This document shows positions 26,001-38,300 of a stretch of 64,000 nucleotides of DNA, piece by piece. The stretch's first letter is position 1, and every line of letters begins with the position of its first letter. Position numbers and translations under genes: made by a program. This DNA comes from Macrostomum lignano. Its lineage: Eukaryota. Location of the stretch: positions 14,418 through 78,417 of the forward strand of contig NIVC01003757.1 of assembly GCA_002269645.1 (NCBI GenBank), in the 5' to 3' direction. The notes beneath the pieces are model-generated. The model searched no databases, was not told the DNA's origin, and worked only from the letters and a program-made list of their open reading frames with translations.

Positions 26001-26506
26001 CAGCATCTGACACTCAATGATTTTAGCATCTGACACTCAGTTTTAGCATCTGACATTCAGTTTTAGCATCTGACACTCAGTTTTAGCATCTGACACTCAG
26101 TTTTAGCATCTGACACTCAATTTTAGCATCTGACACTCAATGATTTTAGCATCTGACACTCAATGATTTTAGCATCTGACACTCAGTTTTAGCATCTGAC
26201 ATTCAGTTTTAGCATCTGACACTCAGTTTTAGCATCTGACACTCAATTTTAGCATCTGACACTCAGTTTTAGCATCTGACACTCAGTTTTAGCATCTGAC
26301 ACTCAGTTTTAGCATCTGACACTCAGTTTTAGCATCTGACACTCAGTTTTAGCATCTGACACTCAGTTTTAGCATCTGACACTCAGTTTTAGCATCTGAC
26401 ACTCAGTTTTAGCATCTGACACTCAATTTTAGCATCTGACACTCAGTTTTAGCATCTGACACTCAATGCTAGCATCTGACACTCAGTTTTAGCATCTGAC
26501 ACTCAT
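23046..26506. repeat. 20-bp satellite (TTTAGCATCTGACACTCAGT)n, ~3.5 kb, with patterned variants
   Basis: Directly visible; variants CAATTTT, CAATGCC, CAATGATTTT and GACATTC. Confidence 0.97.
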
Positions 26507-26900
26507 TGTTGGTATCAATTTCGCAGGCTCTCAGTCTCAAGCACAAGCGCATACACATACATATGCTCGCATATGCTTTCATTCACAAATCTATCTAACC
26601 CTAGAAAATCGTACAGTTCAGTGTACACTGGTCCGCATGCCTACCAGTACAGGCTGCGTAAAGGCGTACAAGTACACTGCACTCACGCATGCCCACTGGC
26701 GTACACCATTGAGCAAGGAAAATCTGGATGGGGGTGTGTGAGACGCATCGCTCAGTGAGAGCACTGCCTGCCCCATGCTCTCTCATCCACACTTCTCTCT
26801 CCTCGGTCGGTAATAAAATGAACGGCTCACAGCAAGAAAGTTTTGAGCGAGCCTGCAATCCAGAGAAGGCCTTTAATTTGCAGAAGAGGCAAATAAAATC

Positions 26901-29900
26901 ATGCCGAATGCCAGGCAGCTGCACATTCTGCACTTCAACGACGTGTACAACATCGAGCCAGCCGGCCACATCGGCGGCGCCGCCAGGTTCGTCACGGCGC
27001 TGCGCTCTTTCGCCGAGCTCCAACCTCTGGTGCTCTTCTCCGGCGATGTGTTCAGCCCGTCGACCATCAGCACGGCGACCCACGGCCAGCACCTGGTCCA
27101 GGTGCTCAAAGCCTGCAACATCGACGCCGCGTGTTTCGGCAATCACGACTTCGACTTTGGCGTGGACAATCTGGTGCAGTGCAGCCAGGAGACCGGATTC
27201 CCCTGGCTGCTGTCCAACATCATCGACAGGGAGACTGGCAGGCCGCTGGCCGAAGGCCTCGAGATCGTCTGCATCGACCATCGCGCCTCCGGACTGCGGA
27301 TTGGCATCGTGGGCCTGGTGGAGCTGGAGTGGGTGGACACCCTGTCCACCGTAGACCCGGAGGACATCCGTTTCTTTGATTTCTGCACCCGAGGCGAGCA
27401 GCTGGCCGCCAAGCTGAAGTCTGAGCAGTCCTGCGACCTGGTGATCGCACTGACCCACATGCGCTGGCCTAACGATAGGAAGCTGGCCCGGGCGGCTCAC
27501 CACATCGACATCATTCTAGGTAGGGCTCCGGGGACTGCTTGGGATTTAGTAGGATAGGGCTCTGTAGGTAGGGTTCCCTGGGTTTATCCGATTGGTTCTT
27601 CCCACAGATTATCTGGTAGGATCTCCCCAGAGATTATCTGGTAGGATCTCCGCTGAGATTATCTGGTAGGATCTCCCCAGAGATTATCTGGTAGGATCTC
27701 CCCAGAGATTATCTGGTAGGATCTCCCCAGAGATTATCTGGTAGGATTTCCCCTGAGATTATCTGGTAGGATCTCCCCAGAGATTATCTGGTAGGATTTC
27801 CCCTGAGATTATCTGATAGGTTCTCCCCTGAGATTATCTGGTAGGATCTCCCCTGAGATTATCTGATAGGTTCTCCCCTGAGATTATCTGATAGGTTCTC
27901 CCCTGAGATTATCTGGTAGGATCTCCCCTGAGATTATCTGGTAGGATCTCCCCTGAGATTATCTGATAGGTTCTCCCCTGAGATTATCTGATAGGTTCTC
28001 CCCTGAGTTTTTCGGGTGTGGGATCTCATCTGAGATTATCGGGTGGGGCTCTTCCCTAGGATTATCTGGTAGGATCTCCCCTGAGATTATCTGATAGGTT
28101 CTCCCCTGAGATTATCTGATAGATTCTCCCCTGAGATTATCTGATAGGTTCTCCCCTGAGATTATCTGGTAGGATCTCCCCTGAGATTATCTGGTAGGAT
28201 CTCCGCTGAGATTATCTGGTAGGATCTCCCCAGAGATTATCTGGTAGGATCTCCCCAGAGATTATCTGGTAGGATCTCCCCAGAGATTATCTGATAGGTT
28301 ATCCCTTGAGTTTTTCGGGTGTGGGATCTCATCTGAGATTATCGGGTGGGGATCTCACCTGAGATTATCGGGTGGGGATCTCATCTGGGATTATCGGGTG
28401 GGGATCTCACCTGAGATAATTGGATGGGTTCTCTCGGATTACCTGAGATTATCATGTGGGCTCTCAACTTACAAGATAATAAAGAAAACCTCTCTGACAC
28501 TCGCAAGGCGGTCACGATCACAATTACGGCATCGAGTTTGTGAACAACAGAGCGATCGTGAAGAGCGGCACGGACTTCCGCCAGTTCAGCGTGGTCAGCC
28601 TCTCTATCGATAAGTCTTCGCCACTCGAAGTCAAGATACAGACTGTGGACGTTGACAGCTCGAAATACAGCGAAGATCCGGAGGTGGCCAAGGCTGTTGA
28701 GGTTAGGATGTTCACTCAATCTAGCCTGGAGGTCTATTCTCACTCCATCTGGTCCGGAGGTCTATTCTCACTCCATCTTGTCTGGAGATCTATTCTCACT
28801 TCATCTTGTCTGGAGATCTATTCTCACTTCATCTTGTCTGGAGGTCTATTCTCACTTCATCTTGTCTGGAGATCTATTCTCACTTCATCTTGTCTGGAGG
28901 TCTATTCTCACTTCATCTTGTCTGGAGGTCTATTCTCACTTCATCTTGTCTGGAGGTCTATTCTCACTTCATCTTGTCTGGAGATCTATTCTTACTTCAT
29001 CTTGTCTGGAGATCTATTCTCACTTCATCTTGTCTGGAGATCTATTCTCACTTCATCTTGTCTGGAGATCTATTCTCACTTCATCTTGTCTGGAGGTCTA
29101 TTCTCACTTCATCTTGTCTGGAGATCTATTCTTACTTCATCTTGTCTGGAGATCTATTCTCACTTCATCTTGTCTGGAGATCTATTCTCACTTCATCTTG
29201 TCTGGAGATCTATTCTCACTCCATCTTGTCTTGAGATCTATTCTCACTCCATCTTGTCTGGATATCTATTCTCACTCCATCTTGTCTGGAGATCTATTCT
29301 CACTCCATCTTGTCTGGAGATCTATTCTCACTCCATCTTGTCTGGAGATCTATTCTCACTCCATCTTGTCTGGAGATCTATTCTAACTTTAACTGGTCTA
29401 TATGAAATCTATTCTCACTCCATCTTGTCTGGAGATTCATTATTGAAGTAAGATAATCAACCTCTTATTTCTCAGTTTCTAATCTTTCATTCCATCTCCA
29501 GCTAGCATCCAATGTCACCCACCGCTCCCACCGCCAGAGTCACGTGGAGAACCTGGAAAAGAGCATGCAGCGCGTGCTGGGCCAGGTGGACTGCCCCCTG
29601 GAGTGCCGGTTCGAGCACATCCGCACCAAGGAGACCAACATGGGAAACTTCATGTGCGACATCGTGCTCACCGCGCTGCAGGCGGACTTCGTGCTGGTCA
29701 ACTCCGGCTCGTTCAGGGCCGACTGTGTTGTGCCGGCTGGTGACTTCCGGCTGGGGGATCTCAGCCGCCTGTTCCCCATGTTGGACCCCCTGGTGGTGAT
29801 CAGCATCGACGGCCGAACCCTGCTGGCCGCCCTGGAGAACGGCGTCTCCATGTGGCCCGCGCTGGAGGGCCGATTCCCTCAGGTTGGGTGGAATCCGCCC

Positions 29901-31181
29901 CTTACTCACATTGAATCCGCCCCCTAACTCCCCATGAATCCGCCCCCTAACTCCCATGAATCCGCCCCTCACTCCCATGAATCCGCCCCTCACTCCCATG
30001 AATCCGCCCCTCACTCCCCATGAATCCGCCCCCTAACTCCCATGAATCCGCCCCCTCACTCCCATGAATCCGCCCCCTCACTCCTCATGAATCCGCCCCC
30101 TAACTCCCATGAATCCGCCCCCTCACTCCCATGAATCCGCCCCCTCACTCCCATGAATCCGCCCCCTAACTCCCCATGAATCCGCCCCCTAACTCCCCAT
30201 GAATCCGCCCCTCACTCCCTATGAATCCGCCCCATCACTCCCCATGAATCCGCCCCTCACTCCCTATGAATCCGCCCCCTCACTCCCCATGAATCCGCCC
30301 CTCACTCCCCATGAATCCGCCCCTCACTCCCCATGAATCCGCCCCTCACTCCCCATGAATCCGCCCCTCACTCCCCATGAATCCGCCCCTCACTCCCCAT
30401 GAATCCGCCCCTCACTCCCCATGAATCCGCCCCTCACTCCCCATGAATCCGCCCCTCCCTTCCCATGAATCCGCCCCCTCACTCCCATGAATCCGCCCCC
30501 TCACTTCCCATCAATCCGCCCCTCACTTCCCATGAATCCGCCCCTCACTCCCCATGAATCCGCCCCTCACTCCCCTCCGCGCAGGTATCCGGCCTGCGCT
30601 TCCGCTTCGACGGCACGCGGCCCCCCGGCAGCCGGGTCGACCCATCCAGCGTCCAAATCGGTGACAAGCCGATGGTTGCCGACACGCAGTACCGCATGGC
30701 AACCAAATATTACCTGTACTGCGGCAAGGACGGCTACGACATGCTGCCCGGCTGCCAGCTGCTGGTCGACGACGAGGACGGGCCGGTGTGGAGCGTGGCG
30801 GTGCAGAACTACTTCACCGCCAGCGGGGTGCTGCGCGGCTGGCTGCAGCTGAAGAACCGGCACCGCTGCCGCCTGCGGCCAATGAACCGTCGACTGTCCT
30901 GCGTGGTGGACAGCCGGCCGGAGACGAAGCCGGAAACTGCCGGGCCACCGCCGACCAAGCGGTTCCGGCTGAGAAAAAATCCGCGCGAGAATTGGGCCAC
31001 TGTGCGCCGGGAGTTCGCGCCCTGCGCCGCGGCAGAATCCAATTCGACTGATGAGGAGCCGGCTTTTGCGGCGCCGCGGCCGAGCGTGGAGGGCCGCATT
31101 GTGGAGACCTCCGGGCTGGCGGCCGGGGACGGGGAAACCGGCCGAGGCGATGAAGAGGATCAGCGGGAGGCTGGGGAGTGA
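26901..31181 (+). CDS. 5'-nucleotidase / metallophosphoesterase of the CG11883-like type, about 584 aa; exons 26901-27519, 28508-28701, 29538-29882, 30585-31181
   Basis: Metallophosphoesterase motifs HFNDVY, SGDVFSPS, GNHDFDFG, ALTHM, ILGGHDH (across the exon 1/2 junction) and KSGTDFRQF. The C-terminal 5'-nucleotidase domain has ETNMGNF.CD, VNSGSFRAD, LENGVS and GRFPQVSGLRF (across the exon 3/4 junction). All introns are GT-AG and the spliced length of 1755 nt is in frame. Confidence 0.92.
27606..28410. repeat. 25-bp minisatellite in 5'-nucleotidase intron 1
   Basis: (GAGATTATCTGGTAGGATCTCCCCA)n. Confidence 0.95.
28725..29432. repeat. 28-bp minisatellite in 5'-nucleotidase intron 2
   Basis: (TCTATTCTCACTTCATCTTGTCTGGAGA)n. 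Confidence 0.95.
29890..30572. repeat. ~22-bp minisatellite in 5'-nucleotidase intron 3
   Basis: (CATGAATCCGCCCCTCACTCCC)n. Confidence 0.95.
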
Positions 31182-31280
31182 GGCCGCCAACTGGGAGCCA
31201 AAAAACAGCTCAATTCATCAGCTAAGTAGGAAATTTTCATGTTTATTGCTACTCGAGTCTCGACTCAACTCGGAACAATT

Positions 31281-31341
31281 TGTGTCCTTGAGCAAGACGC
31301 TTAACTCTGCATTGCTTCAGTTCACTCAACTGTAAAATGGG
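31281..31341 (+). mobile_element. CORE-SINE central domain fragment
   Basis: TGTGTCCTTGAGCAAGACGCTTAACTCTGCATTGCTTCAGTTCACTCAACTGTAAAATGGG is colinear with the MIR CORE (TGTGTGACCTTGGGCAAGTCACTTAACCTCTCTGTGCCTCAGTTTCCTCATCTGTAAAATGGG, recalled). Confidence 0.7.
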
Positions 31342-32027
31342 TGCCAGCATTGAGGGTGTGTCTGGCGACCCCCAGTCACATCTGCTCATAAGGGCAGGTG
31401 TAATCAATAATTATATTCCCACTAAAGCGAAAATCGAAGCCAAGGGCCCAAGGCGACATCGGGGCCATTCAAAATAGATCCGCATTATTTTGAAGTGCGT
31501 TAAAACAGGTCCTTGGTACTAACCAATTACCAGCAAAATTTGCATGAAGCTAAACAAATATTCTATTTATTAGTTCCTATATATAATTCAAACTCACACG
31601 TCAATCCTACTCATTAGTTAAGTAGTATGCTGTAAGTTTTTTATAGTTATATTTGCAAAATCAGCTTCCTTGTGCTACTAAATTTTATAATTTTTCACTT
31701 GAAAGGTGCTTTGTTTGCCTATGTAATCTCTGGGTTCGTGTGGCTTCAGTTGTAGAGTAAGATTACGCTTTTTTAGATATTAATCAAATTTTAATTAGCT
31801 ATATAAAATATTTTAGTAGCATTGGAATAAGCTGCACCCTTTTCAAATTTGTTTGTCAAATCACCTTCTGCACTACTCGCTCCCATTATGCTGTGCCCAG
31901 ATAGAAATTGAAATACAGTCTGCATACTTTATGCATGCAATTAATGGACACGGCTTTCTATCTTGAAAAATGGAAGCTGGTAAATATGCTGATCAGCCCT
32001 TTGCTTGTTTGAATTTGGCCCTTTATC

Positions 32028-33370
32028 TTGTACTCCAGTCAGTGTCTCTTGTACTCCAGTCAGTGTCTCTTGTACTCCAGTCAGTGACTCTTCTACTCCA
32101 GTCAGTGTCTTTTGTACTCCAGTCAGTGTCTCTTGTACTCCAGTCAGTGTCTCTTCTACTCCAGTCAGTGTCTCTTGTACTCCAGTCAGTGTCTCTTGTA
32201 CTCCAGTCAGTGTCTTTTGTACTCCAGTCAGTGTCTCTTCTACTCCAGTCAGTGTCTCTTCTACTCCAGTCAGTGTCTCTTGTACTCCAGTCAGTGTCTC
32301 TTGTACTCCAGTCAGTGTCTCTTCTACTCCAGTCAGTGTCTCTTCTACTCCAGTCAGTGTCTCTTCTACTCCAGTCAGTGTCTCTTGTACTCCAGTCAGT
32401 GTCTCTTGTACTCCAGTCAGTGTCTCTTGTACTCCAGTCAGTGTCTCTTCTACTCCAGTCAGTGTCTCTTGTACTCCAGTCAGTGTCTCTTGTACTCCAG
32501 TCAGTGACTCTTCTACTCCAGTCAGTGTCTTTTGTACTCCAGTCAGTGTCTCTTGTACTCCAGTCAGTGTCTCTTGTACTCCAGTCAGTGTCTTTTGTAC
32601 TCCAGTCAGTGTCTCTTCTACTCCAGTCAGTGTCTCTTCTACTCCAGTCAGTGACTCTTCTACTCCAGTCAGTGACTCTTCTACTCCAGTCAGTGTCTCT
32701 TCTACTCCAGTCAGTGACTCTTCTACTCCAGTCAGTGTCTCTTCTACTCCAGTCAGTGACTCTTCTACTCCAGTCAGTGACTCTTCTACTCCAGTCAGTG
32801 ACTCTTCTACTCCATTCAGTGACTCTTCTACTCCAGTCAGTGACTCTTCTACTCCAGTCAGTGACTCTTCTACTCCAGTCAGTGACTCTTCTACTCCAGT
32901 CAGTGTCTCTTCTACCCCCCCACACTCCAGTCACAGCCTCCCCACACGCCAGTCACAGCCTCCCCACACTCCAGTCACAGCCTCCCAACACGCCAGTCAC
33001 AGCCTCCCCACACGCCAGTCACAGCCTCCCCACACTCCAGTCACAGCCTCCCCACACGCCAGTCACAGCCTCCCCACACGCCAGTCACAGCCTCCCCACA
33101 CGCCAGTTACGGCCCCTCGCACTCCAGTCACAGCCCCTCGCACTCCAGTCACAGCCCCCCACACTCCAGTCACAGCCTCCCTCACACTCCAGTCACAGCC
33201 CCCCACACTCCAGTCACAGCCTCCCTCACACTCCAGTCACAGCCTCCCTCACACTCCAGTCACAGCCTCCCTCACACTCCAGTCACAGCCCCCCACACTC
33301 CAGTCACAGCCTCCCTCACACTCCAGTCACAGCCTCCCTCACACTCCAGTCACAGCCCCACTCCAGTCAA
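32028..33370. repeat. Compound 21-22-bp minisatellite with a left-to-right change of unit
   Basis: TACTCCAGTCAGTGTCTCTTG changes to TACTCCAGTCAGTGACTCTTC and then CACACTCCAGTCACAGCCTCCC. Confidence 0.95.
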
Positions 33371-34247
33371 AGCCCCACTCTAATCACAGTATCTACAGCC
33401 AATGACTGGTGTTCAGTATCACATTTTAGTCCCATTTTCAACGGCAGAGACATTCAGAGGCATGTGGGCTCCTGCAATTCCAAATTGGCATTAATATTTC
33501 CTGTCCATCATCTGCTCTCTCTAAATACGTATCCAGCAGGTGTTTGCCAAGTAAGCAGAGCTTGAAAGCGCTGCTGGAAGAGGCGAGTGTCAGAAATGAC
33601 TTTTTTGCTCCTGTTAAAATCAACATTTACATATCTGCCATTCATAACTTGTGCAAGCAAAATTGAAAGTACAGATTATCAGATGAACAGTACAACAGGA
33701 AAATCGGGGGAAGTTGCAGCAATCCAACAGTTGGGATTGAGTTGAGCGCTTATGGGAATAATGCGAACTTCTGGCAGAATTGTTGAATATCTCGGCTGGC
33801 GACTTGATTGATTCTTGTTTGAGAAGGTGCGCAACAAAAAATTTGCCCGTGTTCTAGAAGTTCGTGTGCCTGCATTGCTTTGCTCTTGGTAGTTCGACAG
33901 GCGGAAAAATGGCCGTTAGATTTATTGGTTTCTGTCCGACACCGACTAAATAGCGATTATCAGCAACAATAAATCCATAACTTTATTTCATTCAGTCTCC
34001 GAATAAAGTACAAATTTGTTTTGGTAAAACAGCTGAACAGAATGTTGAGCAGACTTGAGTCTACAACATACAACGAAATGAGGTCATTTTTCGTCACCTT
34101 TTTCTTCGCCCTACAGCACCCGGGATTTTGCTTTCATAAGCTCAAAATTTCAATCGTCAAAATTGTGAAACTTTTTTAGCTGTCCTGGTGGAAGTGACTG
34201 GCTAAGACTTTTCGAGGTTGCGCAGTTTGAGATTGAGCTCATAAGTG

Positions 34248-35120
34248 CAGGGGCGTCGCCGGGGGTCTTATGGTTGAGGGGATTGGGGGGGACAAAGTCA
34301 AGAATTCTACATGGACAATATTTTGAGAATAGGTGTTGTTAGCACTCATTTAGGCGCCCCAGGCAGGCACTCATTTTGGCGCCCCAGGCAGGCACTCATT
34401 TTGGCGCCACAGGCACTCATTTTGGCGCCACAGGCACTCATTTGGGCGCCACAGGCAAGCACTCATTTTGGCGCCACAGGCACTCATTTTGGCGCCACAG
34501 GCACTCATTTGGGCGCCACAGGCAAGCACTCATTTTGGCGCCACAGGCACTCATTTTGGCGCCACAGGCAAGCACTCAGTTTGGCGCCACAGGCACTCAT
34601 TTAGGCGCCCCAGGCAGGCACTCACATTGGCGCCGCAGACACCCAGTTTGGCGCCACAGGCAGGCACTCATTTTGGCGCCACAGGCACTCATTTTGGCGC
34701 CACAGGCAAGCACTCATTTTGGCGCCACAGGCACTCATTTTGGCGCCACAGGCAAGCACTCATTTTGGCGCCACAGGCAGGCACTCACATTGGCGCCGCA
34801 GACACCCAGTTTGGAGCCACAGGCAGGCACTCATTTTGGCGCCACAGGCACTCATTTTGGCGCCACAGGCAAGCACTCAGTTTGGCGCCACAGGCACTCA
34901 TTTTGGCGCCACAGGCAAGCACTCATTTTGGCGCCACAGGCAGGCACTCACATTGGCGCCGCAGACACTCAGTTTGGCGCCACAGGCAGGCACTCATTTT
35001 GGCGCCGCAGACACTCATTTTGGCGCTCTGAAGCAAAACTATTGATTTCCACAACGGATCACAAAGTGGGGTGGAGGGGGGCAAAGCGTTGGCGTGTCCC
35101 CTATAGTTTTTACGCCCCTG
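34248..35120. mobile_element. MITE-like element with CAGGGGCGT termini containing an internal 21-26-bp minisatellite
   Basis: Left end CAGGGGCGTC (34248), right end TACGCCCCTG (35120). The interior 34340-35025 is (GGCACTCATTTTGGCGCCACA)n with variants. No TSD. Confidence 0.55.
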
Positions 35121-35300
35121 ATGGGGTGGCGGAGCAGCTCTGCGGTGAAGGCCCCTGGTTCGATCCCGTGACCGCCCACATTCGTTTGGGACTTCTGCAT
35201 AAAAACTGGCACACCGGAGCACACCGGAATGGCCAGAATTGCCATCAGAGCTGGTTGTGGGAGGATGTCGCCAAAGGCGTTTCGTCAAGGTGGACAACCT
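35121..35300 (+). mobile_element. tRNA-SINE-like fragment
   Basis: B-box GGTTCGATCCC at ~35157 followed by ...CACATTCG, similar to the 14428 copy. Confidence 0.45.
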
Positions 35301-35383
35301 AAAAATGAACTGCACAAGTATTTAGGGCGTTCTTGAACAGTTGCAGGATAAAACTCAAACCAAGGTCAGCGCAGTTCATTGTT

Positions 35384-38300
35384 TTAGAACTCGTCGAATT
35401 CCTCGCCGAACTGGTCGAACTGATCGCAGCCGATGTCCTCGCAGCCGATCTCGGTCTCCGGGAACATGCTGGCCTCCGGGTTGGGCTGGAAGTCCGGCTT
35501 GGCCGTCTGGTTCTGCAACGCGAAGAAGTCGATGGGATCGGCGGAGGAGCCGGAGCTGGCGAAGAACTGATGGCCGCGCAGTTCTCTGATGCCGGCGCGG
35601 CCGCAGCCGAGGCGGAGATTCAGACGGACGCTCAGCAGGCCGGAGATCATCCCGAACATGTGCTGCTGATCGCGATCGCCGCTCTGCCTGACTAACAGCT
35701 GCGGCTGTTGCTGTTGCTGCTGCTGCTGCTGCTGCTGCTGTTTGTCATCGCCAAATTTCACGGCCAGCTCCCGAAGGTCGTGCATGTAGTGAGAGAGGCC
35801 TGCGTGGCTGCGCTCGACATTGAACATGGACTGGCCGGTGAGCATCTCGTACATGAGCACACCGAAGGCCCAGTAATCCACCGATGTTGAGTAGCCGCTG
35901 TACGGATCAAGTCGGGCTGAGGGATTTCAAGCAGAGGATTTAAAAGTGCATGTACGTTGCTGGTGGGCTAAAAGAGCTGACGGGAAAGCGTTACTAGGGG
36001 TCTGTGGTTGTGTGCGAGCTTAATGCAATCGGTTGTGAGCTCTCGAAGCTTAGTTTTAGGGATTTTTTAGAAGGCCCGTGTGCAGTTGGGAGGCTTAGTG
36101 AATTTTTTAGGTAGGCGAGTGTACATTGGAGAGGGTTAGTGGGGTCTGCATTGGAAGAAGAGTGTACATTGGAGAGGGTTAGTGGGGTCTGCATTGGAAG
36201 AAGAGTGTACATTGGAGAGTGTTAGTGGGGTCTGCATTGGAAGAAGCGTGTACATTGAAGAGGGCTAGTGGGATCTCCATTGGAAGAAGCATGTACATTG
36301 AAGAGGGCTAGTGGGATCTCCGTTGGAAGAAGCATGTACATTGGAGAGGGGTAGTGGTGGGGTCTGCATTGGAAGAAGCGTGTACATTGGAGAGGGTTAG
36401 TGGGGTCTGGATTGGAAGAAGCATGTACATTGGAGAGGGTTAGTGGGTCTCTGTACCGAAATGCGTGTATAGATGTACATTAGGGGGTTAAGAAGTCTCT
36501 AATGGCAGATCAGAGTCCGTTAAGGCAGATTAATTCGATTTTTAGATTGGTATTTCATTATGACTAAATTATGACCAAATGCTATGCGTTCAGTGCAGAT
36601 CGTAAATGACAAAAACGTTGAGAGCCTCACCGCAGCCGTCAGCGTCGGTTGTTGACCAGCGAAACAGGCACTGCAGCATCTCTGGCGCCATCACGTCCGG
36701 ACAGCCAATCATAGTGTAAGCTCGGCCGTCTGCGCGGACAGGAAAATTCGATTCGTGAGAAAATTCAACAGCTTCTTGGATAGCATCAAGGCAGCAGCGA
36801 CAGATACAGAATTACTCAACTGAGACTATAGACAACAATTGACCTGCAACCATTTAGCTGAAGCCATGGAGCAGTCGTACGCACTCACACATGACATAGA
36901 ATAAAACGCCTGAGACGAACCGGAGCTCTCAGCTGTTGTCCTATCACAGCAGGGGGGAGGCTGAGATCTGAGAGCTGCTGCCCAATCACAGCAGGGGGAG
37001 CTGAGAGCTGCTGCCCAATCACAGCAGGGGGCTGAGAGCTGCTGCCCAATCACAGCAGGGGGAGCTGAGAGCTGCTGCCCAATCACAGCAGGGGGACTGA
37101 GAGCTGCTGCCCAATCACAGCAGGGGGAGCTGAGAGCTGCTGCCCAATCACAGCAGGGGGGCTGAGAGCTGCTGCCCAATCACAGCAGGGGGAGCTGAGA
37201 GCTGCTGCCCAATCACAGCAGGGGGAGCTGAGAGCTCAGATCTGCTGCCCAATCACAGCAGGGGGAGCTGAGAGCTCAGATCTGCTGCCCAATCACAGCA
37301 GGGGGAGCTGAGAGCTCTCAGCTTTTAGGTGGCCCTCATGGGAGTGAATCGGACGACAAGTCAGCTAGATTGCATTTGTAGGAACCAGAAGACAAATGAA
37401 GATTTTATCCCATAACCTTGCAGCCGTTTAGCGCAGGTAAAGTCGGTCAGGTACACGTAGCCCCGATAATCGAACTGGATATTCTCGCTGCGCAGATCTC
37501 GGTGCACGATTCGCAGGTTGTCCAAATACTCGAGCGCCAGCACCACCTGTGCGGCGATGAAGCGGATCTCCTGCACGCTGAAGCAGGTCCCCACCGAGGC
37601 CAGGCCTCGGCTGCCCTCCTCCAGCTCCTGGGCGACCTCCGTGACCTTCTTGGCGGCGGCACTGCCAGCGGGCCGAATAATCTGAGCTCGCATGGCAATG
37701 TGCTGCCGCAGGGTGCCTGCTCGGCAGTCGGGCTTCACAAAGTACAGGTTGCAGTGGTCCTTGAAGCTGTCGATCAGGCGGCAGATGAACGGGCTACGCA
37801 TGGCCTGCTGCAGCCGCCTGGCCTCCAGCAGTTGGCCGATCAAATTCACGCCGCTGCGACGGCTCTTGTGAACCAGATGGGCCTGTTGGAAACGGGTGCT
37901 CACGTGCATATATCCAGTGAGCTAATCCAAACTGAGCTAATCCAGTGAGCTAATCCAGTGAGCTAATCCAGTGAGATAATCCAAACTGAGCTAATCCAGT
38001 GAGATAATCCAGTGAGATAATCCAGTGAGCTAATCCAGTGAGCTAATCCAAACTGAGCTAATCCAGTGAGCTAATCCAAACTGAGCTAATCCAGTGAGCT
38101 AATCCAGTGAGCTAATCCAGTGAGCTAATCCAGTGAGCTAATCCAGTGAGCTAATCCAGTGAGCTAATCCAGTGAGCTAATCCAGTGAGCTAATCCAGTG
38201 AGCTAATCCAAACTGAGCTAATCCAGTGAGCTAATCCAGTGAGCTAATCCAAACTGAGCTAATCTAGTGAGATAATCCAGTGAGCTAATCCAAACTGAGC

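Noticed and set aside
23046-26506. Possible CRISPR-like array (also considered for the other arrays)
   Set aside because: Head-to-tail tandem units with no unique spacers, no cas genes, and a eukaryotic intron/exon context.
31970-33565. 531-, 466- and 303-aa mucin-like ORFs
   Set aside because: Open in multiple frames because the 21-bp unit lacks stops; no signal peptide or flanking exons.
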